NCBI GenBank assembly: GCA_037441705.1
Contig: JBBIRR010000001.1
Location: 96,001 to 160,000 of the forward strand
Direction of reading: 5' to 3'
Length of the DNA: 64,000 nt
Origin: Ignavibacteriales bacterium
Lineage (GTDB): Bacteria > Bacteroidota > Ignavibacteria > UBA10030 > UBA6906
In this document: in pieces, positions 8,214 through 17,461 of the stretch
Position numbering within the stretch: position 1 is the stretch's first letter
How the letters are laid out: each line of letters begins with the position of its first letter
Made by a program: the position numbers and the translations under genes
The notes under the pieces: model-generated
Told to the model about the DNA's origin: nothing
Seen by the model: the letters and a program-made list of their open reading frames with translations, nothing else
The model's database searches: none

Positions 8214-9782
8214 TCAGGTTTCTGGCGCGGCCGACGCGGAGAGTTTTTCTGCGAGCGCGGAAAGACGATTGCGCACCGGCGTGAGGTCGACGTCACTCGT
8301 CTGGGCCATCAATTCCAGATGGCCAAACGCTGCATGCACATCGCCTTTGGCGAGGGTGAACTGAAGGGCGGCCTTGTGAAGTTCGAACGCCCTGATGCGT
8401 TTTTCCTCAGCCGCATTGATCAGGCGCTCAGCCTCCTCCATCTCGCCGGCCTCGGTACGCCAGCGAATTGCAAGTGCGTACAGCTCGCCATTCGTCGGCT
8501 CTGCATCAATTGCCTTGTCGAGGTAGCGTAATGCCGTTCTCCGGTCACCACTGGTGTAGTGCCGTACAGCAAGCGGAAGAAAAAACTCGTGTCGGTGCGG
8601 AGCTGCTCTTGCCGCTGCTTCAAGCTGTTCCATGCACACACGCGGCTGAGCAATCTTCTTTTCACAGCGAAGAAGTCCGTGAAGCACATCCTCCGCATCG
8701 GGATTCCGCTGCAGCATCCGAACGTAGACTTCGAGGGCTTCGGTCCACTTCGACGCCGCTTCGTACGTGAAGGCCAACCGCCTGTCAACTTCAGCAGCGG
8801 TCAGCTCGAGATCGGAAGAAATCTGGGACGAGCGCTCTGTGCGCGGCGTGCGAAGGAGGGGATAGATCTGTTTGAGAACACCGATTGCCTTCTCATACTC
8901 GCACAGATCATAATACAGCAGCGCGAGAAACCAGCGCGCCATGATTTGCAACGGGGCGAGATCGAGAGACCTCAAGCAAAGCGTCACTGCCTCCCGCAGG
9001 TTGCCCGATCGGACGGCAACCTCGGCGAGAAGATTATAGCACGACGCCTGAACACTCCTATCCAGCTTCGGATGTACAACGGCCTGTCCAAGAACAGCCT
9101 TCGCCTCGTCGTATCGCTGAAGCACGACGAGGCTGTTGCCCATCTGAAAGCGTGCATATGCATCATCAGGATCATCGGCAACCTGCTTTTCCAAGAGTTC
9201 CAGATTGCGCCTTGCCTTCTCCTTCACAACATCGTAGCCGCGGTTGTAGCCCACGTGGAATATGGTGAGAGGCGATGACTGAATCTTAAGCTTGAGTCGT
9301 TTCAGGGAGGGCCAGATCTGTTCATGCACACGCCCTTCAAACTGAACTCCGGGCAGTTTTCGGAACAGCCTGGGGTAAGCATTCTGTTGGTGGAACGTCC
9401 CGTGCTGCATTGTCTGAGGATTCTGGATCGTCACCGCGTAGGCATCCGCCTTTGCGCGGGAGATCAACTCAGGCAGAAGGCGCATGGACTCGGGTGTCAG
9501 TCGCTCATCGGCATCAATGTAGAGAATCCAATCACCCGAACATTGCTGCAGCGAGAAATTCCTTGCCGCGGCAAAGTCGTCACGCCATGGGTACTCAAAC
9601 ACTCGCGCCCCCAAGCTCAACGCAATGTTCTTTGTCGAGTCCGTCGAACCCGTATCCACGACAATAATTTCATCGGCGATCGGCCGAACGCTCTCCAGGC
9701 ATTCTTTGAGGAAGCATTCCTCGTTCCTCACGATCATGCTTACTGAAAGCGTCGGCCGCGTCTGGTCGTCTTTTGAGGACAT
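8214..9782 (-). CDS. GT2-TPR glycosyltransferase, probable flagellin O-glycosyltransferase (GmaR/CD0240-like architecture)
   Basis: LSVSMIVRNEE, VVDTGSTD, DFAAARN, YIDADE, FEGRVHEQ, IFHVGY, then TPR repeats; directly upstream of fliC; start set to MSSKD. Confidence 0.88.
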   Translation of the reverse strand: MSSKDDQTRPTLSVSMIVRNEECFLKECLESVRPIADEIIVVDTGSTDSTKNIALSLGARVFEYPWRDDFAAARNFSLQQCSGDWILYIDADERLTPESMRLLPELISRAKADAYAVTIQNPQTMQHGTFHQQNAYPRLFRKLPGVQFEGRVHEQIWPSLKRLKLKIQSSPLTIFHVGYNRGYDVVKEKARRNLELLEKQVADDPDDAYARFQMGNSLVVLQRYDEAKAVLGQAVVHPKLDRSVQASCYNLLAEVAVRSGNLREAVTLCLRSLDLAPLQIMARWFLALLYYDLCEYEKAIGVLKQIYPLLRTPRTERSSQISSDLELTAAEVDRRLAFTYEAASKWTEALEVYVRMLQRNPDAEDVLHGLLRCEKKIAQPRVCMEQLEAAARAAPHRHEFFLPLAVRHYTSGDRRTALRYLDKAIDAEPTNGELYALAIRWRTEAGEMEEAERLINAAEEKRIRAFELHKAALQFTLAKGDVHAAFGHLELMAQTSDVDLTPVRNRLSALAEKLSASAAPET

Positions 9783-9786
9783 AGTC

Positions 9787-12700
9787 TTATGTTGGGTTAT
9801 TCTCAGCAACAAGCACGGCTTCATCCGAACCGCAAGCGCCATCCGGATCGAGGAGTGAGTTGTGATCCTCCGCCATGCCGAGTTCGGTGTTCACGCGCGC
9901 GAGAGCCTCCCGGGCAGCGATGTTTGCCGGCTCGTTCACCACCGCATGCTCGAGCATTGTTTTGGCCGGCATCAGCATGCCCGCGTGGAGGAACACTTCA
10001 CCCAAACCCACACACGCACGCGCCGAATGAGGCGTCACCGTCAGTTCTTCCTCGAAATACTTCTTTGCTTTCTCCAACAATCCCAACGCCATTGCCACAT
10101 GCCCTGTCAGATTGAGCAAGTCGGGGTACTCCACCGCACACGACGCGCGTTCCGAGGCATGGAAGACCGCGAGAGCCTTCTCGAGCGTTTCCAGCGCAAG
10201 CGCCATCTCCTGTTCCTCGATGAGGATCTGTGCTCGCTCCCAGTACTGAACAAATGCATCGCGATGGAGAGGAACTGTCAACGACCGTTTCCGCACGTTC
10301 CTCTCTCCCCGATGGGTCCACAGGGTGTCCGGGTCAACGCCCCATTTTTCCAGAAAGACAAGCCGGTTGGTCTGCAAGCGGGCATGATACTTCTCTTTCC
10401 CTCCAGCAAGAAAACTCCTGGAGCCGTAATGATGGATGAATACGTCATTCGCCACAACGGTCTTAAAGCCCGCAAGTGCAGCTCGCAGACAGAAGTCATC
10501 GTCCTCGTAGTTCCCGGGCGTGAAACGCTCGTCCAGCCCACCGATAGCATCAATCACCTTTCGCAGGATGAGCGTGCAGAGGAACGCAACTCTCGGAAAG
10601 ACGCGACGCTCGCCCTTCCTTTCCTCGCGCACCCTCCGTGCATACGCATACATCTGCTCGATCGTTTGATACACCGCCTGCTCATCTCGCTGCACACCGC
10701 TGGCATAGTTACTCACCGTGCCAACGATCCCGACCTCCGGATCGGCATCCGCCACTTCCAGCAGTCGTTCGAGCCAGCCTTCGGTGACGATCGTGTCGTT
10801 GTTCAAAAGCACGATATGTTCCCCCACGGCTGCGTTGATGCCCTGATTCACACCGGCAGGAAAACCGACGTTCTCTCTGTTGCTCACGATCCGCACCTCG
10901 GGAAACTCCTGCTCGATCTTCTTCACCGTGCCATCCGTGGAGGCATTGTCCACCACGATCGTTTCATGCGGCGTGTGGGTGAACCTGCTGATGCTTTCGA
11001 GGCACTGGTGCGTGTATGTGTATTGATTATGGGCAAGCACAATGATGCTCACCTTCGGTGGCAACGCACATTGCAGCGCACGCGAGGAGAGGAAGGCCCG
11101 ACGTGTCTCAAAGCTCGTGAGATGCTCGATGCGTCGGCCCATCAGAGCGCTGGAATACTGTGCCGCGACAAGCTTCTGTCCCGCGACGGCAAATTCCTTC
11201 CACAGCCCCTCGTTCGTGTACAGCTCGACTGCATACCGCGCAAACTCTTCCGGCGTGTCAGCAATGAATGCGTGTACCCCGTGCACGATGTTCATTCCTT
11301 CCGCCCCGATCGACGTTGAAACCATCGGCACTCCGTGCGCCATCGCTTCGCCGACTTTCCCCTTGTTTCCCGCGCCGTACCGCAGCGGAATCACCGCCAC
11401 ACGGCATCGTTCGAGATAGGGACGCGTCTCGGGCACCCATCCGGTGACGGTCACATGCGACGAGGCAAGACTTTTTACTTTCGGCGTCGGATTGTTCCCG
11501 ACGATCCAGAAGTGTGCATCCGGCAGCTTCTTCCGTATCAACGGAAAGATCTGTCGAACAAAGAAAACAACGGCATCTTCATTTGGGTCGTGATTGAAAT
11601 TGCCGATAAAGAAAAAGTCCTTTCTGCGTTCGAAAGGTGTGGCTGACGGCTGTGGGTCATGCACATCGGTCATGATAAAGATGGGCTTGTCGGGGAGTTC
11701 CTTCTGCAAAACGGCTCTATCCGCCTCCGTCACCGTCGTCACGGCATCTGCACTTGCGTAGACGGCAAGTTCTTGCTTCTTGATCTTCTGCGCCGCCTCC
11801 TTTAGTCTGTGATCGTTGAGCATCTCTGCCCGACGGGCTTCCCGCAGGAAATGAACATCCATAGAGTCCACGATGATGGGAACGTTCGGATCGGCTGCAC
11901 GAATCAACTTCATGAAGTAACGCGCGATATGCCAGAAACAGATGTACACCAAATCCACCTTACGCAGCGGCAATTCAAGGCTGGCGATCAGACGCTCAAG
12001 GATAGGCTGAACATGATCTGTCTCGCGAAACTCCCACCACGCTTCGTATTCGAACCAAATCAATTCCACTCCTGAACTTCGCAACTCCGTCATGTGCTTC
12101 ACTGCCGCTTCATCCGTAAGCCGTCCCGTCAGGTGGACATACGTAACGTGATAGCCAAGCGCCAGCATCTGCTTGACGGTATGGTACAGGCGCAAACTTC
12201 CGGCCGCGCGATCGGGAAGCGGTGGGAGGTCATCAATGATGAGAATGCGCTTGCCGCGATGACGATGCGAAAACTGATAGCGCAAGCGTTCGTCGCAGGG
12301 ATACTGAAGCGCAAGTTCTTTCTTCCACTTCTGTTTGAACTTCGGCGCGTTCAACGCCTGAAACTTCTTGAATCCCGCGGAAAGATTTGTGCCCGCTGTT
12401 ATGCCTTCATGATGGATGACTTTGGACATCGGGCAGTACAGCACCTTGTACCCGAGCTTCCGCACCGCGAAGCACAGATCGGTATCCTCATAGTATGCCG
12501 GAGCGAAACGCGTGTCGAAACCGCCGAGCCGTCTGAACAGGTCGGCTTTGATGGTCAGCGCCGCACCCGAGCAATAGTCCACCTCTCGCACAAACTGGAA
12601 GCGAGAGCTGTTCGGGGGATGTCCCCGACCGTAGTTCCAGCCTGTCGCGTCATTGAAGATGACCCCGCCGGCTTCTTGCAGCACGCCATTCGGATAGATC

Positions 12701-13497
12701 AGCATCGAGCCGACGATGCCTGCACACGCGTTGCGCGCAAAACAGTTGTACACCTCGGTCAACCAGCCCGGTTGTACTTCCGTATCGTTATTGAGAAACA
12801 CGATCAGCTCCCCTTCGGCGCTTTGCGCGGCAAGATTGTTGCCTCCAACAAACCCCAGATTCGAAGGAGAATGAATGAATTTGATGCGGGATCCGTATGC
12901 CTCTAGCATGCCGGGCGTAAAGTCCGTCGAGGCATTGTCCACAACAATCAGCTCGTAGTTGGGGTAGTCCGTGTTTCTCAACACCGCCTCGATGCAGCGC
13001 AGTGTGTACTCCGCTTTGTTGTAGCAGAGGACGAGAATCGAGATAAGGGGAACAGTCTGGCGCCGCAGCGGTTGGCGTTCCGGTTTCCGCGCGAACATCG
13101 CAGCAAGGGTGTCTTCTTCCCACGGCATGTCGCGCAGGATGTTGCTCACGCGAGCTGCCACGTGGACAAACGGTGCAGTGGTCTCATACACCTCAGCATA
13201 GAGCTTCAGCGCCGTGTTTCTGTCGCCGCACTCTTCGGCAATACGTGCGAGATAGAGTTTCGAGTACGGATTATCCGGATCCATCGAGAGGCTTTCGATG
13301 AAGAAGCGTCGTGCCTCGTCATACTCCTGCGCATAGAAGCAGGTTCGCGCCAGTAGATGTCGCAGATAGGCTCTCGCAGAAGAGGGAAGATCGGGCCCTT
13401 CGCTGGACTGCATGAGGAACGTTCTGGCGCGCTGTTCGTCGTTCGCATCGAACATCTCCTGCACTTCCTGGAGCAGGTCTTCGAGTCGTTGCATCAT
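9787..13497 (-). CDS. Multidomain glycosyltransferase TPR-GT2-GT4-GT2-TPR
   Basis: Two GT2 domains (VDNASTD, LNNDT, YYEDTD / NYEDDD) flank a GT-B/GT4 domain (GNFNHDPN, PLRYGAGNKGKVGEAM); TPRs at both ends; start set to MMQRL after an AGAGG RBS. Confidence 0.9.
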   Translation of the reverse strand: MMQRLEDLLQEVQEMFDANDEQRARTFLMQSSEGPDLPSSARAYLRHLLARTCFYAQEYDEARRFFIESLSMDPDNPYSKLYLARIAEECGDRNTALKLYAEVYETTAPFVHVAARVSNILRDMPWEEDTLAAMFARKPERQPLRRQTVPLISILVLCYNKAEYTLRCIEAVLRNTDYPNYELIVVDNASTDFTPGMLEAYGSRIKFIHSPSNLGFVGGNNLAAQSAEGELIVFLNNDTEVQPGWLTEVYNCFARNACAGIVGSMLIYPNGVLQEAGGVIFNDATGWNYGRGHPPNSSRFQFVREVDYCSGAALTIKADLFRRLGGFDTRFAPAYYEDTDLCFAVRKLGYKVLYCPMSKVIHHEGITAGTNLSAGFKKFQALNAPKFKQKWKKELALQYPCDERLRYQFSHRHRGKRILIIDDLPPLPDRAAGSLRLYHTVKQMLALGYHVTYVHLTGRLTDEAAVKHMTELRSSGVELIWFEYEAWWEFRETDHVQPILERLIASLELPLRKVDLVYICFWHIARYFMKLIRAADPNVPIIVDSMDVHFLREARRAEMLNDHRLKEAAQKIKKQELAVYASADAVTTVTEADRAVLQKELPDKPIFIMTDVHDPQPSATPFERRKDFFFIGNFNHDPNEDAVVFFVRQIFPLIRKKLPDAHFWIVGNNPTPKVKSLASSHVTVTGWVPETRPYLERCRVAVIPLRYGAGNKGKVGEAMAHGVPMVSTSIGAEGMNIVHGVHAFIADTPEEFARYAVELYTNEGLWKEFAVAGQKLVAAQYSSALMGRRIEHLTSFETRRAFLSSRALQCALPPKVSIIVLAHNQYTYTHQCLESISRFTHTPHETIVVDNASTDGTVKKIEQEFPEVRIVSNRENVGFPAGVNQGINAAVGEHIVLLNNDTIVTEGWLERLLEVADADPEVGIVGTVSNYASGVQRDEQAVYQTIEQMYAYARRVREERKGERRVFPRVAFLCTLILRKVIDAIGGLDERFTPGNYEDDDFCLRAALAGFKTVVANDVFIHHYGSRSFLAGGKEKYHARLQTNRLVFLEKWGVDPDTLWTHRGERNVRKRSLTVPLHRDAFVQYWERAQILIEEQEMALALETLEKALAVFHASERASCAVEYPDLLNLTGHVAMALGLLEKAKKYFEEELTVTPHSARACVGLGEVFLHAGMLMPAKTMLEHAVVNEPANIAAREALARVNTELGMAEDHNSLLDPDGACGSDEAVLVAENNPT

Positions 13498-13514
13498 CCA
13501 CCTCTTCTCGGCGA

Positions 13515-16500
13515 TCATGAAGTCACAAGCGACGGGGTTTCCACCCGGCGTGTATCCGGGGCACCCCACACAAATTCTTTTCGTCCGATCTCTCGCGATC
13601 GTAACTGGATAACCTCCTCCGGTGTTTGGAACAGGTAGCGGAGGTGACGGACTGCTCCCTTCGTGCGCAGTTTCATCAGACACTGCACCGGAGCGAGCTT
13701 CTTCTCCTTCAGAAGCGCCAGATCGAGGTCAAGGATACGCATGATGAGGTCTCTGTCCTGCGGGTCATCGGGATTGAAGTTGTGCCCATATCCTCGATCC
13801 GTGAACCGATTGATGATGGTAGCGAAGGGAAGGAACATCTCGCAGTCGAACCGTTGGATCAGGAGTGGCAGAATATCCTGCGCGCGGATGCCTTCAAAAC
13901 CCTCGCTGCTGCAATCATGATTCATCGGCTCATCATCATAAGTCTTCCAGTACGCGTTGTATTTGTACTTCCTGTCGAGCGTATCCCAGATCGTTCGCAC
14001 AACGGAGGAGGTGGCGGGCCACATCACGTGGCCGTTCCGCCCGATCATATCATTCACAAGAAAGATAAACTGCTCGGACGCTGCAGCATCAATGGCGGCA
14101 AATAGCTTCTCTAATGCAACGATATGGTGAAGTGAATGGCTGGCAAGCACAACATCGAATTGCCCGCTCAGGTTCACGTTGTTCAGGTCCTGCACCGAGA
14201 AGACCGCATACGGGAAGCCCCGTTGGGCGGCCAGAGCGTTGGCTCGTTCAATCATCGTGGGATTCAGATCGAGACCGAGAAGCTGCACGCGTTCGGGTTC
14301 GCACACCCGGGCAAGCACATCCAGCTCAACATCTCCGTTGCCGCACCCGATCGAGAGGACACGGACGTTGCCGGCGCGGCTCTTCAGCATCTCCGAAATC
14401 TCTCTTGCCCACCAATCCCTGATATCCGACTCCCCGGTCAATTCCTTCAGCCATTGGGAGAGCGAAGCCTCGTTCACGACGTGATTGATTGGCGGAAGAT
14501 CATGGACGTTGATCTCTCCGGCATAGCGGGCTATTTCTGCCCCGAGCTTTCTCCGGTACTCACCTTCGCCTGTATCATTGGGGTTGTGCGCATCTCGTCG
14601 GGTAAGCGTAAGCACGGGGTGATACCGGCGGTCGCTCGATGTCGGCCGGAGCAATTCGTTCAGCTCAGACTCTGCGGTTACCGGTGTGAAGCCTTTCGCT
14701 TGCAACGCCTCAACCAACTCGCGCGCGGTTTCGTTCGAGGGATCTACGGCAAGCACACGATTAAAAAAGTAGAAAGCATCTCCGTACCAATCGAGACTCA
14801 CGCAAATGGAGCCAAGTGACAGAAGCGCCTCCGCGTCATCGCTGGACCGGCTGAGGACATAGCGGAGATGCGGAATTGCATCCTCGGGGCGACCGGTGTG
14901 GACATACAGGTCTGCAAGATTCTTCCGGGCATCCAGGAAGTCCCTGTCCAGGCGGACGGCGCGTTCAAAGTTCTGCAACGCAAGTTTGAGATTTCCCCGA
15001 TGGAACGCCCGCACGCCAAGCTCATTATGGATTTCCGGCAACGACGGATCGTATTGCATCGCGAGATCGAAGGCGAAGTCTGCCTCCGCTGTTCTGCCCA
15101 AAGCCTGCAAAAGCCTGAAATAGCGGAACTGCAGCTTGGCCTGTTCGGGGAAGCACGTGAAACTTCGGCGGAGGCGCTGCAGCGCTGCTGTTGTATCATC
15201 CCGCTCCAGCACCGCGTCGATCTCGGCAAGGAGATGTGCAATGACTGGCTTCTCGGCCGCGTGTTTCGGGCTCAACCCTGCGCGCCCGGCCAGTTGATCA
15301 TACTGCTGCTTGAGCTGTTTGTACTGATTTTTCCAATAGGCCATTTCGAGTCCGGCGTTGAGCTGCGTGTTTGCCTGATCGCCCGAATGCTGCCGATACT
15401 CCAGGAGAAACTCCGCACAATGAACAGCACTCCATCCGGCATTGACCATCCGAACAAACAAATGATGATCCTCGGGTCCCGCGGAATCCTTATACCCTCC
15501 GACCTGTTCAAAAGCTTTTCGCCGGTACATCGAAGACCCGTGGATGAAATTGTTCTGCGCCAAGGAACGCCTGGTCTCCTCGGTAAAATCCACAAAGCGC
15601 CAGAGGAAGACATCCGCCGTTCCAGCCGCAGGTGTTGCGCCGACCTTTTGTGCAAGCACTTCTGCACGCGGGCCGAAGAGGGCAACATCCGTATAAGCAA
15701 TCGCCGCTTCAGGATGAGTATCGAGGGCGAGTTTGCACTTCTCGACGTAGTCGCTTCGCAGGCGATTGTCGGCGCCGAGGAAGCAAATGTATTCGCCGTT
15801 CGTCAGACTGACCGCTTTGTTGAAGTTGGCAACGATACCCAGATTTCTCTCGTTGCGCACGATACGAATCCTGTCTTTGTATCGCTCGGCAATCTCCATC
15901 GAGTTATCGACCGAGCAGTCATCAATGAAGAGGATTTCATCGGGGAGAACAGTTTGGTGCAGCGCACTTTCGATTGCTTCGGCGGCGAAGCGGCCGTAGT
16001 TGTAGTTGGCAATGATGAGTGAAACGGATGAAGAAGGGAAGCGGGTCTCACTCGTCACTTCGAGACGATTGAGCTGGTACCTGTCGCTGTTGTTTCCTCC
16101 AACGCACGACAATGCCCCGCGGAAGCGCCGCTTCACCTCGTCAACAACGGTGGGATTGTGTTTGCCGTAGGGATAGGCAAACCACCCAAAGCCTTGGGGG
16201 TCGAGCTTACGGACGTCCTCGGGCACGGTCAGTTCGTAAGCCAATGCGGCAGCATCGAGTGTTGTGCAGTCCGGATGTGTCACTGTGTGCCATTGGAGGC
16301 GCCCGCCTGCTCTTACACACTTTGCGAGCTGCTCGCGGGTCGCAAAGCGAGCCGGGGGTTCTTCAGCCTGATCAAATTCGTTCGACCGGCCTATCACCGC
16401 GCTGGTAATGAATAGCTCAAACGGGTAGCCGAACTTTCGCAGGATTGGAAGGGCAAATTGATATACATTCTCGTACACACCATCGAATGTAATGCATGCG

Positions 16501-16643
16501 TGTTTCGGGTCGTCGGGATTGTATTCATCGAGAGAGACGACCTTGTAGCGTCTCAGCTCTTCCATTTGCCGCCAGAAGGCATCAACACTCACCCACCACT
16601 TGGTCGGTGTTTCAGGGTGGACTTTGTGATACATGAGAATCAT
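13515..16643 (-). CDS. Fusion of NodB-type polysaccharide deacetylase, GT2, TPR and class I SAM methyltransferase
   Basis: ILMYHKV, ITFDGVY, WHTVTH, FAYPYG (CE4); IDDCSVD, LGADN, GPEDH (GT2); TPR run; VLSIGCGNG and SHSLHH (methyltransferase). Confidence 0.85.
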   Translation of the reverse strand: MILMYHKVHPETPTKWWVSVDAFWRQMEELRRYKVVSLDEYNPDDPKHACITFDGVYENVYQFALPILRKFGYPFELFITSAVIGRSNEFDQAEEPPARFATREQLAKCVRAGGRLQWHTVTHPDCTTLDAAALAYELTVPEDVRKLDPQGFGWFAYPYGKHNPTVVDEVKRRFRGALSCVGGNNSDRYQLNRLEVTSETRFPSSSVSLIIANYNYGRFAAEAIESALHQTVLPDEILFIDDCSVDNSMEIAERYKDRIRIVRNERNLGIVANFNKAVSLTNGEYICFLGADNRLRSDYVEKCKLALDTHPEAAIAYTDVALFGPRAEVLAQKVGATPAAGTADVFLWRFVDFTEETRRSLAQNNFIHGSSMYRRKAFEQVGGYKDSAGPEDHHLFVRMVNAGWSAVHCAEFLLEYRQHSGDQANTQLNAGLEMAYWKNQYKQLKQQYDQLAGRAGLSPKHAAEKPVIAHLLAEIDAVLERDDTTAALQRLRRSFTCFPEQAKLQFRYFRLLQALGRTAEADFAFDLAMQYDPSLPEIHNELGVRAFHRGNLKLALQNFERAVRLDRDFLDARKNLADLYVHTGRPEDAIPHLRYVLSRSSDDAEALLSLGSICVSLDWYGDAFYFFNRVLAVDPSNETARELVEALQAKGFTPVTAESELNELLRPTSSDRRYHPVLTLTRRDAHNPNDTGEGEYRRKLGAEIARYAGEINVHDLPPINHVVNEASLSQWLKELTGESDIRDWWAREISEMLKSRAGNVRVLSIGCGNGDVELDVLARVCEPERVQLLGLDLNPTMIERANALAAQRGFPYAVFSVQDLNNVNLSGQFDVVLASHSLHHIVALEKLFAAIDAAASEQFIFLVNDMIGRNGHVMWPATSSVVRTIWDTLDRKYKYNAYWKTYDDEPMNHDCSSEGFEGIRAQDILPLLIQRFDCEMFLPFATIINRFTDRGYGHNFNPDDPQDRDLIMRILDLDLALLKEKKLAPVQCLMKLRTKGAVRHLRYLFQTPEEVIQLRSREIGRKEFVWGAPDTRRVETPSLVTS

Positions 16644-17176
16644 TTCTGGTACACCTCAAGGATGTGGGTATACTCTCGATACGAGTAGTACTCCCGATGC
16701 AACGTGACGTACGGGAACCGCAGCGCGTACCACTCATGAATGTGAACGCTGACCAGGATGCCGCCCGGAACCAGAACCCGATCAACGATTTCATACACGA
16801 GCTTCTTGCTCTGCGCGAGATACTGAGGATAGAATACCCCTGTGGCAACAACGAGGTCGAAGGCGTTCTCCCATTCCAGCTCAGGAATGTCGAAGAGAGA
16901 ATGCTGTTCGTACGTGATCTGCGGCGGCGCATTCTGCCTCGCCCATCGAATGGCATTGGCTGACACGTCAATGCCCATCACGCGTTTGCCCGGGAGGCGT
17001 TTGGTGATGAAACCGTCGCCGCACCCGATATCCAGCACGCTTTCGTATTCCCGCTTCGGCAGCGCCCCAAGAAGCATCGCACGGCGGTTGAGGTCGTCGG
17101 GATTGGTCTCGTAGTGCCACGGATCAGGCCTCTCGTACCATTGTTCCAGCTCGTCGATCGGTTGAAGAACGTTCAT
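16640..17176 (-). CDS. Class I SAM-dependent methyltransferase, NodS-like
   Basis: DPWHYE (NodS-like DPW motif), VLDIGCGDG, GIDVS, FDLVVATGVFY, LVPGGILV; stop overlaps the next start (ATGA); start set to MNVLQ. Confidence 0.8.
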   Translation of the reverse strand: MNVLQPIDELEQWYERPDPWHYETNPDDLNRRAMLLGALPKREYESVLDIGCGDGFITKRLPGKRVMGIDVSANAIRWARQNAPPQITYEQHSLFDIPELEWENAFDLVVATGVFYPQYLAQSKKLVYEIVDRVLVPGGILVSVHIHEWYALRFPYVTLHREYYSYREYTHILEVYQK

Positions 17177-17268
17177 TGTATGCGTCGATAGTGGATTCGT
17201 TTGCGCGTAAGAACTCTTTCCGCATCGTACAACCTGCATGCCGCGAAACCTCGGCGATTTGGAAAACA

Positions 17269-17295
17269 TTATCGGCCTGACCCCTCTTCGTGGTG
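17269..17295 (-). promoter_or_regulatory. Candidate sigma28 promoter of the glycosylation operon (perfect -10, poor -35)
   Basis: GCCGATAA at 17269-17276, sharing CCGATAATG with the fliC promoter; no TAAA at -35. Confidence 0.4.
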
Positions 17296-17332
17296 CACAA
17301 TATTGCGCAAGTGTCTTCCTTTATCTTTTTCT

Positions 17333-17361
17333 TTGCATCTCCTCCCCCATCTTCCTATTTT
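17333..17361 (+). promoter_or_regulatory. Housekeeping-sigma promoter upstream of the PLP enzyme
   Basis: TTGCAT-N17-TATTTT. Confidence 0.5.
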
Positions 17362-17461
17362 TCGATCAACAATAGGGGCCGTTGTGGAGGCACAACTACC
17401 GGCCTGATCCCATGGAATTCCACACATCCATGCAACCAGACGGCCCGTTCGCAAATCATCC

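Noticed and set aside
13498-13683. Apparent 169-nt overlap between the two large GT genes (possible frameshift or fusion)
   Set aside because: A start at 13497 with an AGAGG RBS removes the overlap; no slippery site is needed
17375-17446. Resemblance to a c-di-GMP-I riboswitch (GCACAACTACCGGCCTGA) and to an ops element (GGCCGGTAG on -)
   Set aside because: No GGCAAAC..GAAA P2 arm and no P3 pairing; the ops match is imperfect. Kept only as an unassigned structure
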